Source of the DNA: Azolla caroliniana
Taxonomy: Eukaryota; Plantae; Polypodiophyta
DNA: 64,000 nucleotides
Assembly: GCA_043228905.1 (NCBI GenBank)
Contig: JBHGNT010000017.1
Coordinates: 18,290,001-18,354,000, forward strand
Direction: 5' to 3'
The notes under the pieces are model-generated. The model was given only the letters and a program-made list of their open reading frames with translations, did no database searches and had not been told where the DNA came from. Below are positions 28,101-40,098 of the stretch, piece by piece. Position numbers and translations under genes: made by a program. Each line of letters begins with the position of its first letter. Position 1 is the first letter of the stretch.

Positions 28101-30445
28101 TGATACCGGAACTGGCCCCGATCCCGAAATGGATTCGGATGAAGAAGAATCGGAAGAACCGGTTACCAAAGCTCCGGAACGGAGATATCCTCTAAGAGAG
28201 AGAAGGGCCCCCTGGAGATTTCCGGAACCAGAGCACGTGCTGCTAACCGACGAGGGGGAGCCGGAGAGCTTTGAAGAAGCAAAGCATGACACCCAGAGCC
28301 GCAGGTGGTTGAGTGCCATGCAGGACGAGATGGATTCCCTGCATGAGAACCACACATATGAACTTGTGGAGTTGCCGAAAGGAAAGCGGGCACTTCGAAA
28401 CAAGTGGGTGTTCAAGCTGAAACCGGGAGATGCCGGAAACCCCCCGAGATACAAAGCCAGGATCGTGGTGAAGGGGTTTCAGCAGAAGAAGGGCGTCGAC
28501 TTCGACGAGATATTTGCCCCGGTAGTGAAGATGACCTCCATCCGGACGGTGCTGAGCATAGCGGCAAGCATGGACCTCGAGGTAGAACAGATGGACGTGA
28601 AGACGGCATTCCTTCACGGCGACCTCGAAGAAGAGATCTACATGCAGCAACCGGAAGGATTCGAGAAGAAAGGGAAGGAGCACCTGGTATGCCGGTTGAA
28701 GAAGAGCCTGTACGGACTGAAGCAGGCTCCCCGGCAATGGTACCGGAAGTTCGACTCTTTCATGACCGACGAAGGGTACCTCAAAACGCAGTCCGACCAC
28801 TGCGTGTTTGTGAAGAAGTTCGAAGGAGGAGACTTTCTAATACTCCTCCTGTACGTGGACGACATGTTGATCGTCGGATGGGACCAGGTCAAGATACGGA
28901 TGCTGAAGAAGGCTCTTCACCGAACCTTCTCAATGAAGGCTTGGGTCCGGCGAGACAAATACTAGGGATGCACATCATCCGGGACCGGAGCAAGAAGCAG
29001 TTGTGGCTGTCACAGGAGAAGTACGTGACAAAGGTGCTTAAACGGTTCAACATGTCGGAAGCAAGGCCGGTCGGATCGACCCTCCCGGCAAACTGCAAGC
29101 TATCCAACAAGCAAAGTCCCAAGACAAAGGCTGAAAAGGAGGATATGATGAAAGTGCCGTATGCCTCAGCCGTCGGAAGCTTGATGTACGCAATGGTGTG
29201 TACAAGACCGGACATAGGATACGCAGTCGGAGTGGTGAGCCGGTACATGAGCAATCCCGGCAAAGAGCACTGGAACGCGGTCAAGTGGATACTCCGATAC
29301 CTGAAGGGCATGACAAACGTGTGCCTCCGATTCGGCTCCGGAAACCCCGAACTCGACGGCTTTACCGATTCGGATATGTCGGTTGATGCAGATACCAGCC
29401 GGTCCACATCAGGGTATGTGATGATGTATGCAGGGGGAGCTGTTTCGTGGCAGTCGAGGCTGCAGAAGACGGTTGCGTTGTCAACCACGGAGGCGGAGTA
29501 CATGGCGGCTGTTGAAGCCGGCAAGGAAATAATATGGATGAAGGACTTCATTAGAGAGCTCGGTATCCGGCAGGAGGAGTACCGACTCTACTGTGACAGT
29601 CAGAGTGCAATCCACCTTGCGAAGAACGCGGCCTATCACTCCCAGACGAAGCACATCCAACGAAGATATCACTGGATCCGGGAAAGGATAGAAGACAAGG
29701 AGTTCGTGCTGACGAAGGTCCACACGGACGAGAACGGGTCGGATATGCTGACCAAGGTGCTCACACCCGACAAGCTGGAAGCATGCCGGAAGAGGATCGG
29801 ATTGGAGAGACATCCCATGCCGAAGTGAAGGGGGAGTTTGTTGGGATTACGGTCCCTTCTGATGGGATGGTCGGATGTCGGAGATGAATGCCGACAAGCC
29901 CAGTTGCGGTTTCGGAACCGGATGATGAAGACCCCGACTTCGGAGCCGGACGACGAATGTACCCGGAGAGAGATCCGGATGCGGGGACATATCTGTGAAT
30001 ATGTTTGCCAAGGGCCCTCCCTTGAGGCTATAGTTGTAAATAGCCCTAAAGTCATATGTGTATAAATATGACTTAGGGCAAACAGTTTTGACGTTGCTAC
30101 TCATTTTTCTGTTTTTCCACTCAAGAGGAGTGAAGAGAGAGCAGCCGCGAGAGAGATAGAGCGTGAGAGAGGAAGAGGTCGACGCCTCTGTGTATTTCCG
30201 CCGCCTGTGGCGAGGACAGCGAGCTCAAGGTCGTCGCTTTGCAGCTCGCCATTGTATATTTCTCTGTGCATAGTTTTGGTTCGGAGTCTTGTACTCCCGT
30301 GGTTTTTCCCGTACAGGGTTTTCCACGTTAAATCGTGTGTCCATTCTATTTTTCGCATTTCCCATTTTCTGCAACAACGATTCGTGTGTTTCCTTGGTTG
30401 TGGCCGAGAGGTGAAGTTTGGAAAGTGTCGATTGATTTTCCATCA
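25124..30445 (+). mobile_element. Full-length young Ty1/copia LTR retrotransposon C; LTRs 25124-25726 and 29839-30445; TSD TTTCT
   Basis: TG...CA LTRs differing by about 4 substitutions and one 4-bp indel; PBS TGGTATCAGAGC (tRNA-iMet) at 25730-25741; PPT GAAGGGGGAG before 29839; 5-bp TSD on both sides. Confidence 0.97.
25757..29828 (+). pseudogene. Copia gag-pol polyprotein with two frameshifts (~26230 and ~28935)
   Basis: Domain order gag, PR (WVVDSGAS), INT (LWHKRLCH, VHTD, RADNGGEY), RT (MDVKTAFLHG, LYGLKQ, YVDD), RH (FTDSD, STTEAEY, HIQRRYHWIRE), spread over three frames. Confidence 0.92.
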
Positions 30446-32479
30446 TTTCTTTTTGATAAATAGGATAGGAGGGCCAACTGGAGATTTTGAGTGGCGAATG
30501 AATCCCTTTGTGAGATTATCTTCAATGTATATTTTGAGGGCCTTGAGTTTAGGTTCATATAACCCATAGATAGGGCCAAAAGGAGGACAAGCACCATCTT
30601 TCAAGTCAATTGGACAATCGTATGGGCGATGTTCAAGCAAGCGATCAACATTTTTCTTCTCAAATACATCAGAGAAGTCATTGTATTTTGATGGAAAAGA
30701 GAAAGTATATATGACAATGTTTGTAGTGGACATGACCGCCATGTCCTTAGAATTAGAAATGGATGCAATCAACACTATATCACTTACTTGAGCAAGAGTG
30801 GAAACTGTTTCCGAGGCTAAAGCGGGAGTAACTATCGATGCTGTTTCTATTGGAGTAACCGTTGACACGGTTCTCGTGGAAGAGGAGATGGGAGCGACCG
30901 CTAACTTGGTCCTCACCGGAGCAGAAACGGGAATTGGATCAACCATTGATGTGGTCCTCGCCGGAGCAGACGGCCAAACAAATGGCGGAGCATTGGCTCG
31001 AAGAAGAGTGGAAGCAATCGCTTGTGGGCGAGAATTCGAGGTGAAGTTGATGGAGTGAGATCGCCAATCCATGATTGGATTGTGAGTCTTGAGCCAGGAT
31101 AACCCCAAGATGATAGCCTGATGTTGAGGTGATGTGATGAGGTTAAGGCGGCCAAACAAATGGTGGAGCATTGGCTCGAAGAAGAGTGGAACCAATTGCT
31201 TGTGGGTGAGAATTCAAGGTGAAGTTGATGGAGTGAGATCGCCAATCCATGATTGGATTGTGAGTCTCGAGCCATGATAACCCCAAGATGATAGGATGTC
31301 AAGGTGATGTGATGAGGTTAAAAATGATTTCTTCCTGGTGGTCTCCTATGTGGAGACTCAAGGGAATTGTTGTATCTATGATTGCACCAGAAGAGAGCGT
31401 TTGACTGTCGATCACTTCAACTAGAATCGGGACAATTATTTTATTGCTTGGAATGTTGTGTCTGTGCAAACATGATATCAATAAAGCCCGACGCAGCCCC
31501 AGAATCCAACTGCAATTGGACATTGGAGTGATCAGAAGCGTGAAGCTTGTTGTCAAGGCAGTAAGTTGATTGGGCCCTTGACACAATTGTCGACTCTTGT
31601 GGTCCAGATGCATAACCCCTACTGCAACTGGACATTGGAGTTTTCCTATTGATAGAAAATGTCAACCCCATCCAAACCATGTGGTGTTTGACGGGGTCCC
31701 TTTTGTGGGCAAGAGCGGATCAAATGGTCGGGCTCGCCACAATAGAGACATAAATTGTTGGCTCGTCGATGTTGTCGTTGTGCGTTCATCAATGGTTGGT
31801 AGCGAACTTGATCGATCTCCATTGGGGAGCTAGAATCTATGGCGGGAGTTGAAGATGAAGTGGAGGATGACATGGGAGTCGGGGATGTCGACCATGGTAG
31901 GTGACTTCGTGTAGTGGTTGGCCAAGGTGGATGGATCCGGTGAGGACGTTCCTCTTGCCGGAACTCAAAGAGACGGTTATCGCAATGCACAACTTGGGAA
32001 ATAGCCTCATTCAAAGATGTGGGCTTAGGAAAGTTAAGCAAAATATTTTTTATCTCACCTCGTAATCCTCGACAGAATTGATCGAGGAGGGCTTGTCCAT
32101 CCCATTCGACATCGCACACGAGTTGACGAAATTCAGATGCATAGATTGATGTTGCACGTTCTCCTTGTTGTAACACATATAATTTGTTGAGTGCGGCTCG
32201 TCGTTTGTCGGTCTCCCTGAAAGTTGCTTCGAATTCGGTAAGAAATGCTTGGAAGTCGGTCAAGAGGGGCGAAGAGGTCTCCACCAGAGGGACAAACCAA
32301 GCTTGGGCTTGTCCTGTCAGCAATGTGCCGATGAGCCTGACTCGTCGAAAATCATCAGAATAGCATCGGGGCTGAAGGTGAATAATAAGGCGGATCTGGT
32401 TGATGAAGCCTCTTAACCGTGACCTTGTTCCATCGAATTTATCTAGCAAGCTAACATTGGGTTCTCTTGTGCTGGATGA

Positions 32480-33150
32480 TCTCTTGCAATGATCTTCTTC
32501 AAGATTTTTGCATCGTCCTCCATTAGCATAACCCTTCTTCGGAGATACAACAAGCCTCTGCACCTCAGTTTGGTTGGACACAAGTCCATTCGTTCTTGTT
32601 AGATCCTCCATAAGGATCATTCAATCTTTTCTAAACATTTGTTCAATATCCAGACAAACAAAACTAACATCTTTCATTGAAGAAGAACTCAATCTTTTGC
32701 TGAGAAATCGCAGTAATTATTCTCAAATTCAGTTAGTAATTTTGATATTGAGAGACTTTTGCCTCCTTTGTTGGTCCATTCGAGAAAGGTCTTCTTTGTG
32801 ACTCTAGTAGCGTTCTCAAGCATATATTCAATTAATAATGCTTGACAAAACTCATTCCAATCCACATAGAATCTTTCTAGAAATTTAGTTACCATTATTT
32901 GAACTCTAGATTCACCATTTTATTGGACTTAGTTGTCATATGTATTCAATTGCACCTTTATTGGACCTTTCATACTCATAATCCCCCAAAATCTCGTGAT
33001 GTCTTCACTATTGAATTTGTCAATTTTCTGAATAATTGATTGTATAGTGAGTGTCAACTTACTTTCCAATTGGTTAGCTGCACTTTGTTCTTGTATCATT
33101 CGGCTCATCATGATCATCATGAAGTTGATCATGTGCCATTAACACTACTC
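32480..33150 (-). mobile_element. Highly degenerate gag fragment related to the family of element E
   Basis: IQKIDKFNSEDITRF and LLIEYMLENATRVTKKTFLEW..LLTEFE align by eye with E gag VGTIGRFSGKDATKY and LLEKYGLDDALRLSKRDFMEW..LLREFE. Confidence 0.6.
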
Positions 33151-33697
33151 TCAACTATTTCTAATATTCATGTTAGTTTTACCGAATTTTGTCATAGAGT
33201 TCATGATCGGTGTATTGAACCATATGGGTTATGAATGAGGAGAGTTTGTAAAAGGAAAGGAGAGAGACAAGAATGGACAATAGATAAAGATAGACTACAA
33301 TTAAAGAAACATTATTGAGACAATATATGATAAAAATATGATGTATTTTAATTAGAAATACATGATTTTATTTACCAAATCTACAATTCTCCACCTTAAA
33401 GATGACACCTTATCTATAGCTCAAACCATTGACTTTGACTTGAGTGAGGAGAAACTTTCTTGATCAACTTGCTTAATTAAGTATATGTAGTTTCCTTAAT
33501 GTTTAGATGCTTTATCCTTGTCGTTAAATTGGAGTTTGAAGTGATGTGTGATCGCTACTTGGCGCACATGTATGTGTTAACATGTGATGCAAGATAGCCA
33601 TGTTGCTCATTTGAGTCTCCATGCATGTAATAGTTCATAAGATATAATAACAATGATCATATATTTATAGAAATACTTTTTTTTTATATAAACTTTT

Positions 33698-34410
33698 ACA
33701 ACAAAGTATAGATTTCTTCTTTTCTTCATCCACATCATGGAGCAATAGTCTTGTATTAGGAACATAACCTTGTTCTTTCAATTGAGAATTTAGAGTGTCT
33801 AGTTTTGCATATATAGCCTTGCAATCGGGATGCCATTGCTCACGAGGAAAGAATCTATGAGTTTTATCATTCGCCTCAATCATGTTGCATCCTAGTCGTT
33901 TCTTTACTCCTCATTGGACCATCGTTTCTCTTAGCATTTTTACATCATTCCACTTCCCATTTGGCATAAATATTTGAGAGCAAGATATAAGGAGCTCCAT
34001 TATCGGGTTCCAAGAGAGATATGTAATTTAAGGCCATTTCCCCTCGTTGGATCTTGCCTAAATTCCTACATGCACCAAGAAGAGTCATCCATATAAGAGT
34101 TGAGGCACAAACTCGCATACTATAAATAAGGTCTTCGGCCACATTGAGATCGTCACTTTTTCCAAATAAGTCTACCATACATCCATAATGACCCACCACG
34201 AGTAAAATGCGATGTTCCTCAATAATTGATTTGAAGAATTTTGATCCTTCCTCAACCAGCCCAACATGGCTGCATGCACTTAACACAATAAGGAAGGTCA
34301 CTTCATTTGGCTTCAAGCCATCGTCTTGCATTTGTTCAAATAGTTCAATAGATCTCTTCCCATGACCAAACTAAGAAAAGCTAGAGAGCATCGTTCCAGG
34401 AGACCACATC
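33698..34410 (-). pseudogene. PLS-class PPR protein C-terminal fragment (last PPRs, E and E+ domains, start of DYW), disrupted
   Basis: DVVSWN..GHGKRSIELFEQMQDDGLKPNEVTFLIVLSACSHVGLVEEG, HYGCMVDLFGK, WMTLLGACR, YILLSNIY, GYVPNTRLLLHDVDEEKKKSILC; stops and frameshifts; ends before HSEKLA. Confidence 0.88.
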
Positions 34411-35200
34411 CTACCTAATGTCATTGAAAAGTATTAAATTTATAAAAATACTTATCTTGATGGTTCACACTTTATGGTTGATATATGAGGTTATGGGTTT
34501 GAGCTCACACAAACCATTAGAGTACTATTTGAATTTGTTTCCAAAATGTGAAACAATTGCTTCACAATACCGTAAGATATGTATATGTAAGAAATAAAAT
34601 GGATAATAGGGTCTAGTAATTTTGTTGGGATGGATGTTCATCCTATTTCATCGAAGTCTTTATCCACCAGAACCAACTCAAGTTTAGAATGACATTTGAA
34701 GAAAGGTAAGATTCCATCACCTTTTCTTTCTTTGTTTGGCCTAGAATTGGGTATTGAGAATCAATTGTTACATATTCATTTGGAGTATGAAAATGGAAGA
34801 AATATACATATATTACATGTGTGTTCAAGTTTTTGGAGTAGATTATGAACGTTTTGCATTTGTGCATACCACAAAGTTTGGATACAAGTGTAAACACAAA
34901 ATATCCACCTTTTGAGAATGGAGAAGAAGAAAAAGAAAATCGTGGCTTCCTTCACAATGACCCAAGTTTTGGATGAGTTTAGGTCATAAAAAAGAAGAGA
35001 AAAGGTAGAGAAGCTATACAAGCAAAATTAAAGAGATAAAAAGGAATCAATGAAAGATTTCAGAAAGTTATGCAAGTACATTTTGAAATTTACCTTTTCC
35101 TTCTTATTTCCCTTAATGAGGACACTTCATACTTAAGTTCTCCTAAAGTTTCATCTCGTATCTACTATCCTGCTTATTTGGCCATCCAAAAACTGCATAT

Positions 35201-35243
<43 letters not shown>

Positions 35244-35682
35244 TTCAAAAAGATGTTGGATGAAGATAAAATTGTGATAATTTTTCTAGTTATTGTTAGA
35301 TTAGCTATTGCCTCATATGTGTATCTTTCTTTCCTTCTTGTGTATATGTATGAATTGCTTGATTGCTTTGCCTAGTGTTAGGGGACAAAATAATGATGGC
35401 AAAACATCAAGGGCCATTGAATCCTTTCGATTAGTACACACCTTTTCATAGAATTTAGGATGTTGAATATAAAGCATGCTTTCACTCATGCTATAATGTG
35501 ATCCATACTTTGTTCATTCAAATTGCACTCTAAGTGCTTCGAATAATTTAGAATACATTCTCCTATCCTTCACACTTTTCGACTTTCTTGAAAAGAGAAT
35601 GGGTTTCATCTCCAAAAATAATTCGTCGGTGAACATTATGTGCATAAATCAATACACATGTTCAAAGCTACATCCAAAGCTT

Positions 35683-36459
35683 TGTTGGGAAACAGGTCCC
35701 TCCGGATGGGAAGGGAGAAGAACAACGAAACGGTATGAGGAGTACCCGGCTACGGAGAGCCGGATGATACAGACCCGGTGAGGACCGGATGAGGAGTACC
35801 CGGCTACGGAGAGCCGGATGATACAGGCCCGGTGTGAACCGGATGAGGAGTACCCGGCTACGGAGAGCCGGATGATACAGGCCCGGTGTGAACCGGATGA
35901 GGAGTACCCGGCTACGGAGAGTCGGATGGTGCAGGCCCGGTGTGAACCAGATGAGGAGTACCCGGCTACGGAGAGCCGGATGGTGCAGAACCGGTGAGAA
36001 CCGGAGGAAGAGACATATTCGTAAATATGTTTCTCAGAGCCCATCGAGGCTACATTTGTAAATAGCCGAAAAGTCATATTAGTATAAATATGACTTAGGG
36101 CAAACTTTTAGTTGTTGTTGTCATTTTCTGTTTTGCACGAGATCAGTGTGCGTAACTGTACAGAGAGAGAGAGAGAGAGAGAGAAAGAGGTCGTTGCCTC
36201 TGTTGTAACCGCCGCCTGTGGCGAAGATTTGTGAGCACTAGGTCGGTGCCTCAGTGAACCCACTGTTGTATATTCCTACATAGTGACAGTTTGCAGCCTG
36301 TGGGCTGCCGTGGTTTTTCCCCTAGTTTGGGGTTTTCCACGTAAACCTCTTGTGTATTCTCTCCTTCTTTGTGTCTCGTTTTATTGCCCGTTTTCTGTGT
36401 ATCATTCTTAGCTCGGTTGTGGCCGAGCCTTGCGCATAAGGAATGTTGGGTTCGCGACA
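35683..36459 (+). mobile_element. Solo LTR (777 bp) of a copia family related to C; TSD AGCTT
   Basis: TGTTGGG...GCGACA with AGCTT on both sides; shares blocks with the C LTRs (TATAAATATGACTTAGGGCAAAC, CCGCCTGTGGCGA, GGGTTTTCCACGT). Confidence 0.92.
35736..36005 (+). repeat. Five 54-bp tandem repeats in the U3 of the solo LTR
   Basis: TGAGGAGTACCCGGCTACGGAGAG(C/T)CGGATG.. starts at 35736, 35790, 35844, 35898 and 35952. Confidence 0.95.
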
Positions 36460-37215
36460 AGCTTTTTATTAATGCTTGTCATCGAGTACCTCACCAACCA
36501 TGACACTCCTTTCCCATCCAACGAAGTAGTTTCCCTTCAAAAATATTCACAATGGGTTCACATGATGATTATCTCTATCTACATCTAAACACAAATTTGC
36601 GAGAAATCATATTCATCATTGACTTCATCACCATTGAAGCTATGATATATCAACTCAAATACACTATATTACACAACCCTAGAATTCTCCATGCCAATTT
36701 GACTCATTCTTTGCAAGTTTTTCATGCTCTTAATATGTGATGAGATAAGAACAACCTACTTTTTTTGTCTTAGGATTGCACTCCAGTGCGAAACAATGTC
36801 GTTTATTAACCCATGCACTTGTTTTTTAATATCATTGGGTTAAGCACGACTTTCTTGTATCTCTTGCACAATCTTTCCAATTGGAATGGAGGCAACCGTA
36901 AGAATTAAGCTACATGTAATTAGAATAATATCTTTAGAATTGTATGCCCTTCAAAGAGTCTAAGTGTACATATTAAAAGCAAGGACAATGCCTTGAAGTC
37001 ATTCCCCCCAAGAACAAATGGGAAATTGAATGCGTACCACAAAAGCAAAATTGTTTTATCTAGCTCTAGCAAATCCACAAGGGGTTTACAGGAGACTTGA
37101 GATATAATTAATCGCAACTTGAGATGTTGTACATGATATTTATAGATTTGAAGAAAATATATTTTATACATGTGTACACTCTAGTAGAAGCTTAGTTGGA
37201 AATTTATGAACACGT

Positions 37216-40098
37216 TGTTGTGGGGAATTCCAGCCACAAGGTGAAACCTTGCCGAATGCGCGTGACCGAGGATGTGCAAGTATCCACAGAAACAAAGACC
37301 GATGTACAAAGAAATGTAAATATGAGTAGAGTATTTGAAGGAATAGGTAGAGTAGTTAATGGCTACTTTATTGTCCCACACGAATAGAGAGGAATAATAG
37401 GGATTGACGGGAGGAAATCGAGGAGAGAATCGGGGACAGAAAGCGGTTGCCATAACAGCTGATGTAACGATCTCTCTCTCCCCTAGAGCTATAAAAGGAG
37501 GGAGAGAAGACTAAATAGGGATCCATCGTTTGGAGAATGGAGTGCTATCAGTTTGAGATCAGGCGCCTAGTGAACGCTCGGGAAAATGCAGGTGGCCTCA
37601 ACAGGGCCATCGAAACGATAGTCGGCACGATAGGCCGGTTCAATGGAAAGGACATGACGAGCTACTTGGACGCCTACTCGAAGATTTGCTTATGCATAAA
37701 TGTAATTAACTATTATTCGATCTCGTATACTACCAATTTACTCTTATTAGAGGGAAATCTCTCGTCTTTAAGCTTAAAGTGCATTAAGTGTTAAGCCCTA
37801 AATCCTTCCGATCTAGAAGGCTTCTCCTGGAAGAACTGAAGAAGGAAGAGGTGGACCGTGCGGGGAGATGCGGGCCTGACAGCACCGAATGGAGCGATTC
37901 GGTGGAGGAGAAAACCGACTTCGTAGAAGCTGCATGCTATACTATGAAGTTCTGGTCGAAGACAAGGGGGTCGGAAAGGCCAGAGGGGGAGGCCCTTCGG
38001 GGAGATATGACACCCAGAGCGGACCAAAGAGAAATGATGGCGGTCCGGCTGGCTCATAGGAGAAAGAGAAGATGAAGTTGTTGAGCTTCCGGTTGACCTC
38101 GGAGATCAAGAAGACAACAAACCTGCGGAAGGTCTTAGAGGAGTGGGTCCTCGACAATAGGGTGGAACTCTCATTAAGAGAAGTTTTAGGGATAGCAAAG
38201 AAAGAGCTCCACGACTCGATTATCAACTTGGTAGAAAGGAAGCAGCTCTCGACTGAGCCGGAAAGCGAGAAACCAGTCAAGGTAAAAGTGGCCCACATCG
38301 ACGAGGTGGTGACAGAGGATGAGTATGTCGAAAGCCACTACATGCGGCCACATTGGGTGAGGGCCACGATGGAGACACCGGTTTGGATTGGCGATGTGAA
38401 AGAACTGGTAGTAGTGTTGATCGACCATGGGTCCGAGATCAACTTGATGTCCATGGACTTCTACAAGAAGGGTAAGTGGCTGATCAACACAAGGCACGAC
38501 TGGAAAAATACGCGCGATGACCTGCACCACAGAGGAGCTACACGGGGTGTGCCCAAATGTCCGGGTAAAGGTCGGTGACGTCGAAATCGACCAATATTTC
38601 TTTGTGTAAGAAACATCCTCCCATCCAGTGATACTCGGCGAACCCTACATCACGGCGGCTTAGATGGAGACCAAGGTGTTGGACAATGGTTCGGCATACG
38701 CACGAGTAAAGAGCCAGGACGTCTAGCACTCTGTCCAATTTTTGACAGTTCGGCTAACCCACGAGAGGAATTGGGACTCCCTTAGCATAGAGTGCCTATA
38801 GAATTTTTAGAGAGGGCTATCAATGCCTGGGGCCGCGATAGTCCGGACAACCGGAAGAATCCCCACACCTATACAAAATAGGTAGGAAATTTTGGCCCTC
38901 TGTTAATGGAGACTGGACGATTTCGATCAGTTCAGTCGAAATGTATGAAGTCATCATGGACTTCGGAAGAATGGTCGGGTCGGGTAGGATCGGCTGAGTC
39001 GACACCAAGTACAAGACTATGGACCGGAAGATGAGGCCAGTCGTGACACCCTTACCGGAGGACAGTTGGGAGCGGATGAAAGGGGTCGCAACCGACCCAA
39101 GTGTGCGAGATTCGGCTAGCATAGGGCACTAGTTCACCGATGAGATCTTACGAAAACTCAAGATCGATGGGGGTGGCTTCCTACTGCCTGCGGATGAGGA
39201 CCAAATCGGCGATGGGTCGGGAGAGGACAAGTGAAAGTGGGCCAGAACCCCCCCCTCTCAACTTCACTACTCAACACATACCAAAGGATGTGCGGTTTTG
39301 TGGGGGTGGATGTTGTGGGGAATTCCATCCATAAGGTGAAACCTCGTCGAATGCGCGTGACCGAGGATATGCAAGTATGCACATAAACAAACTTAACACC
39401 CATGTACAAAGAAATTTAAATATGAGTATAGTATTTAAAGTACTAGGTAGAGTACTTTATTGTCCCACACGAATAGAGAGGAATAATAGGGATTGACGGG
39501 AGGAAATTGAGGAGAGCATCGGGGACAAAAAGCGGCTATCTTAACAACCTGATGTAACTATCTCTCTCTCCCCTTGAGCTATAAAAGGAGGGAGAGAAGA
39601 CTAAAAAGAGATCCATTGTTTGGAGTATGGAGTGATGTCGGTTTGAGATCAGGAGCTCTATCGTTCCCTATGTTCTCGCTCAATACTGATTCGGGAAGAA
39701 GGTGAGGCCTTTGCTCGCGTAGGAAGCTTGTGTGCTCCTGACCGGAAGCTCGTCATTCTATGTGTGTGTTTTGAGAGCGCGTAGCTCAGTTATCGACCGA
39801 GTTTGGTCGTATTCTTTTCATGTTTACTCCATTTCTTTTTTGCTGTATCCGATTATTCTCTCTATGTTGAGTCTGCATCTCCACTCTGTTTGCATCTGCC
39901 CCATGCGTTTATCCGAGTCTCGAGCGCGTGTGCTCATCGCTTGCTATCCGACAACAGGTTCGGAGTAGTACACGTGTTAGAACCTAGAGACTGATTCAGA
40001 TAATCGTTTCTCTTCCTCACTTTCTCTTACCGGCCCCTTCGTTCAAGACCTTGGTGGTCCCGCCCCGTTCCGACACATACACGTGGACTTCCACGACA
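37216..40098 (+). mobile_element. Internally deleted Ty3/gypsy element of the E family; partial 5' LTR 37216-~37563, 3' LTR 39310-40098; TSD ACGT
   Basis: Both LTRs start TGTTGTGGGGAATTCCA; PPT GGGGGTGGA at 39301-39309; gag and protease remnants (TIGRFNGKD, LIDHGSEINLM) similar to E; RT, RH and INT missing. Confidence 0.85.

Larger units (their letters stand above)
23525..32470 (-). mobile_element. Older degenerate chromovirus-type Ty3/gypsy element D (gag-PR-RT-RH-integrase N-terminus), interrupted by copia C and cut off at the A2 LTR
   Basis: gag KFDGTRS...CLYCGEPDHLIRSC (31646-32470); LDSGA protease; RT FIKK|KDG split by the copia insertion; MPFGLTN; integrase GHFGVAKTLELISRSYWWP..CDTC ending at 23525. 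Confidence 0.85.

Noticed and set aside
35736-36005. CRISPR-like array
   Set aside because: Head-to-tail 54-bp units with no unique spacers, inside an LTR, in eukaryotic DNA with no cas genes.
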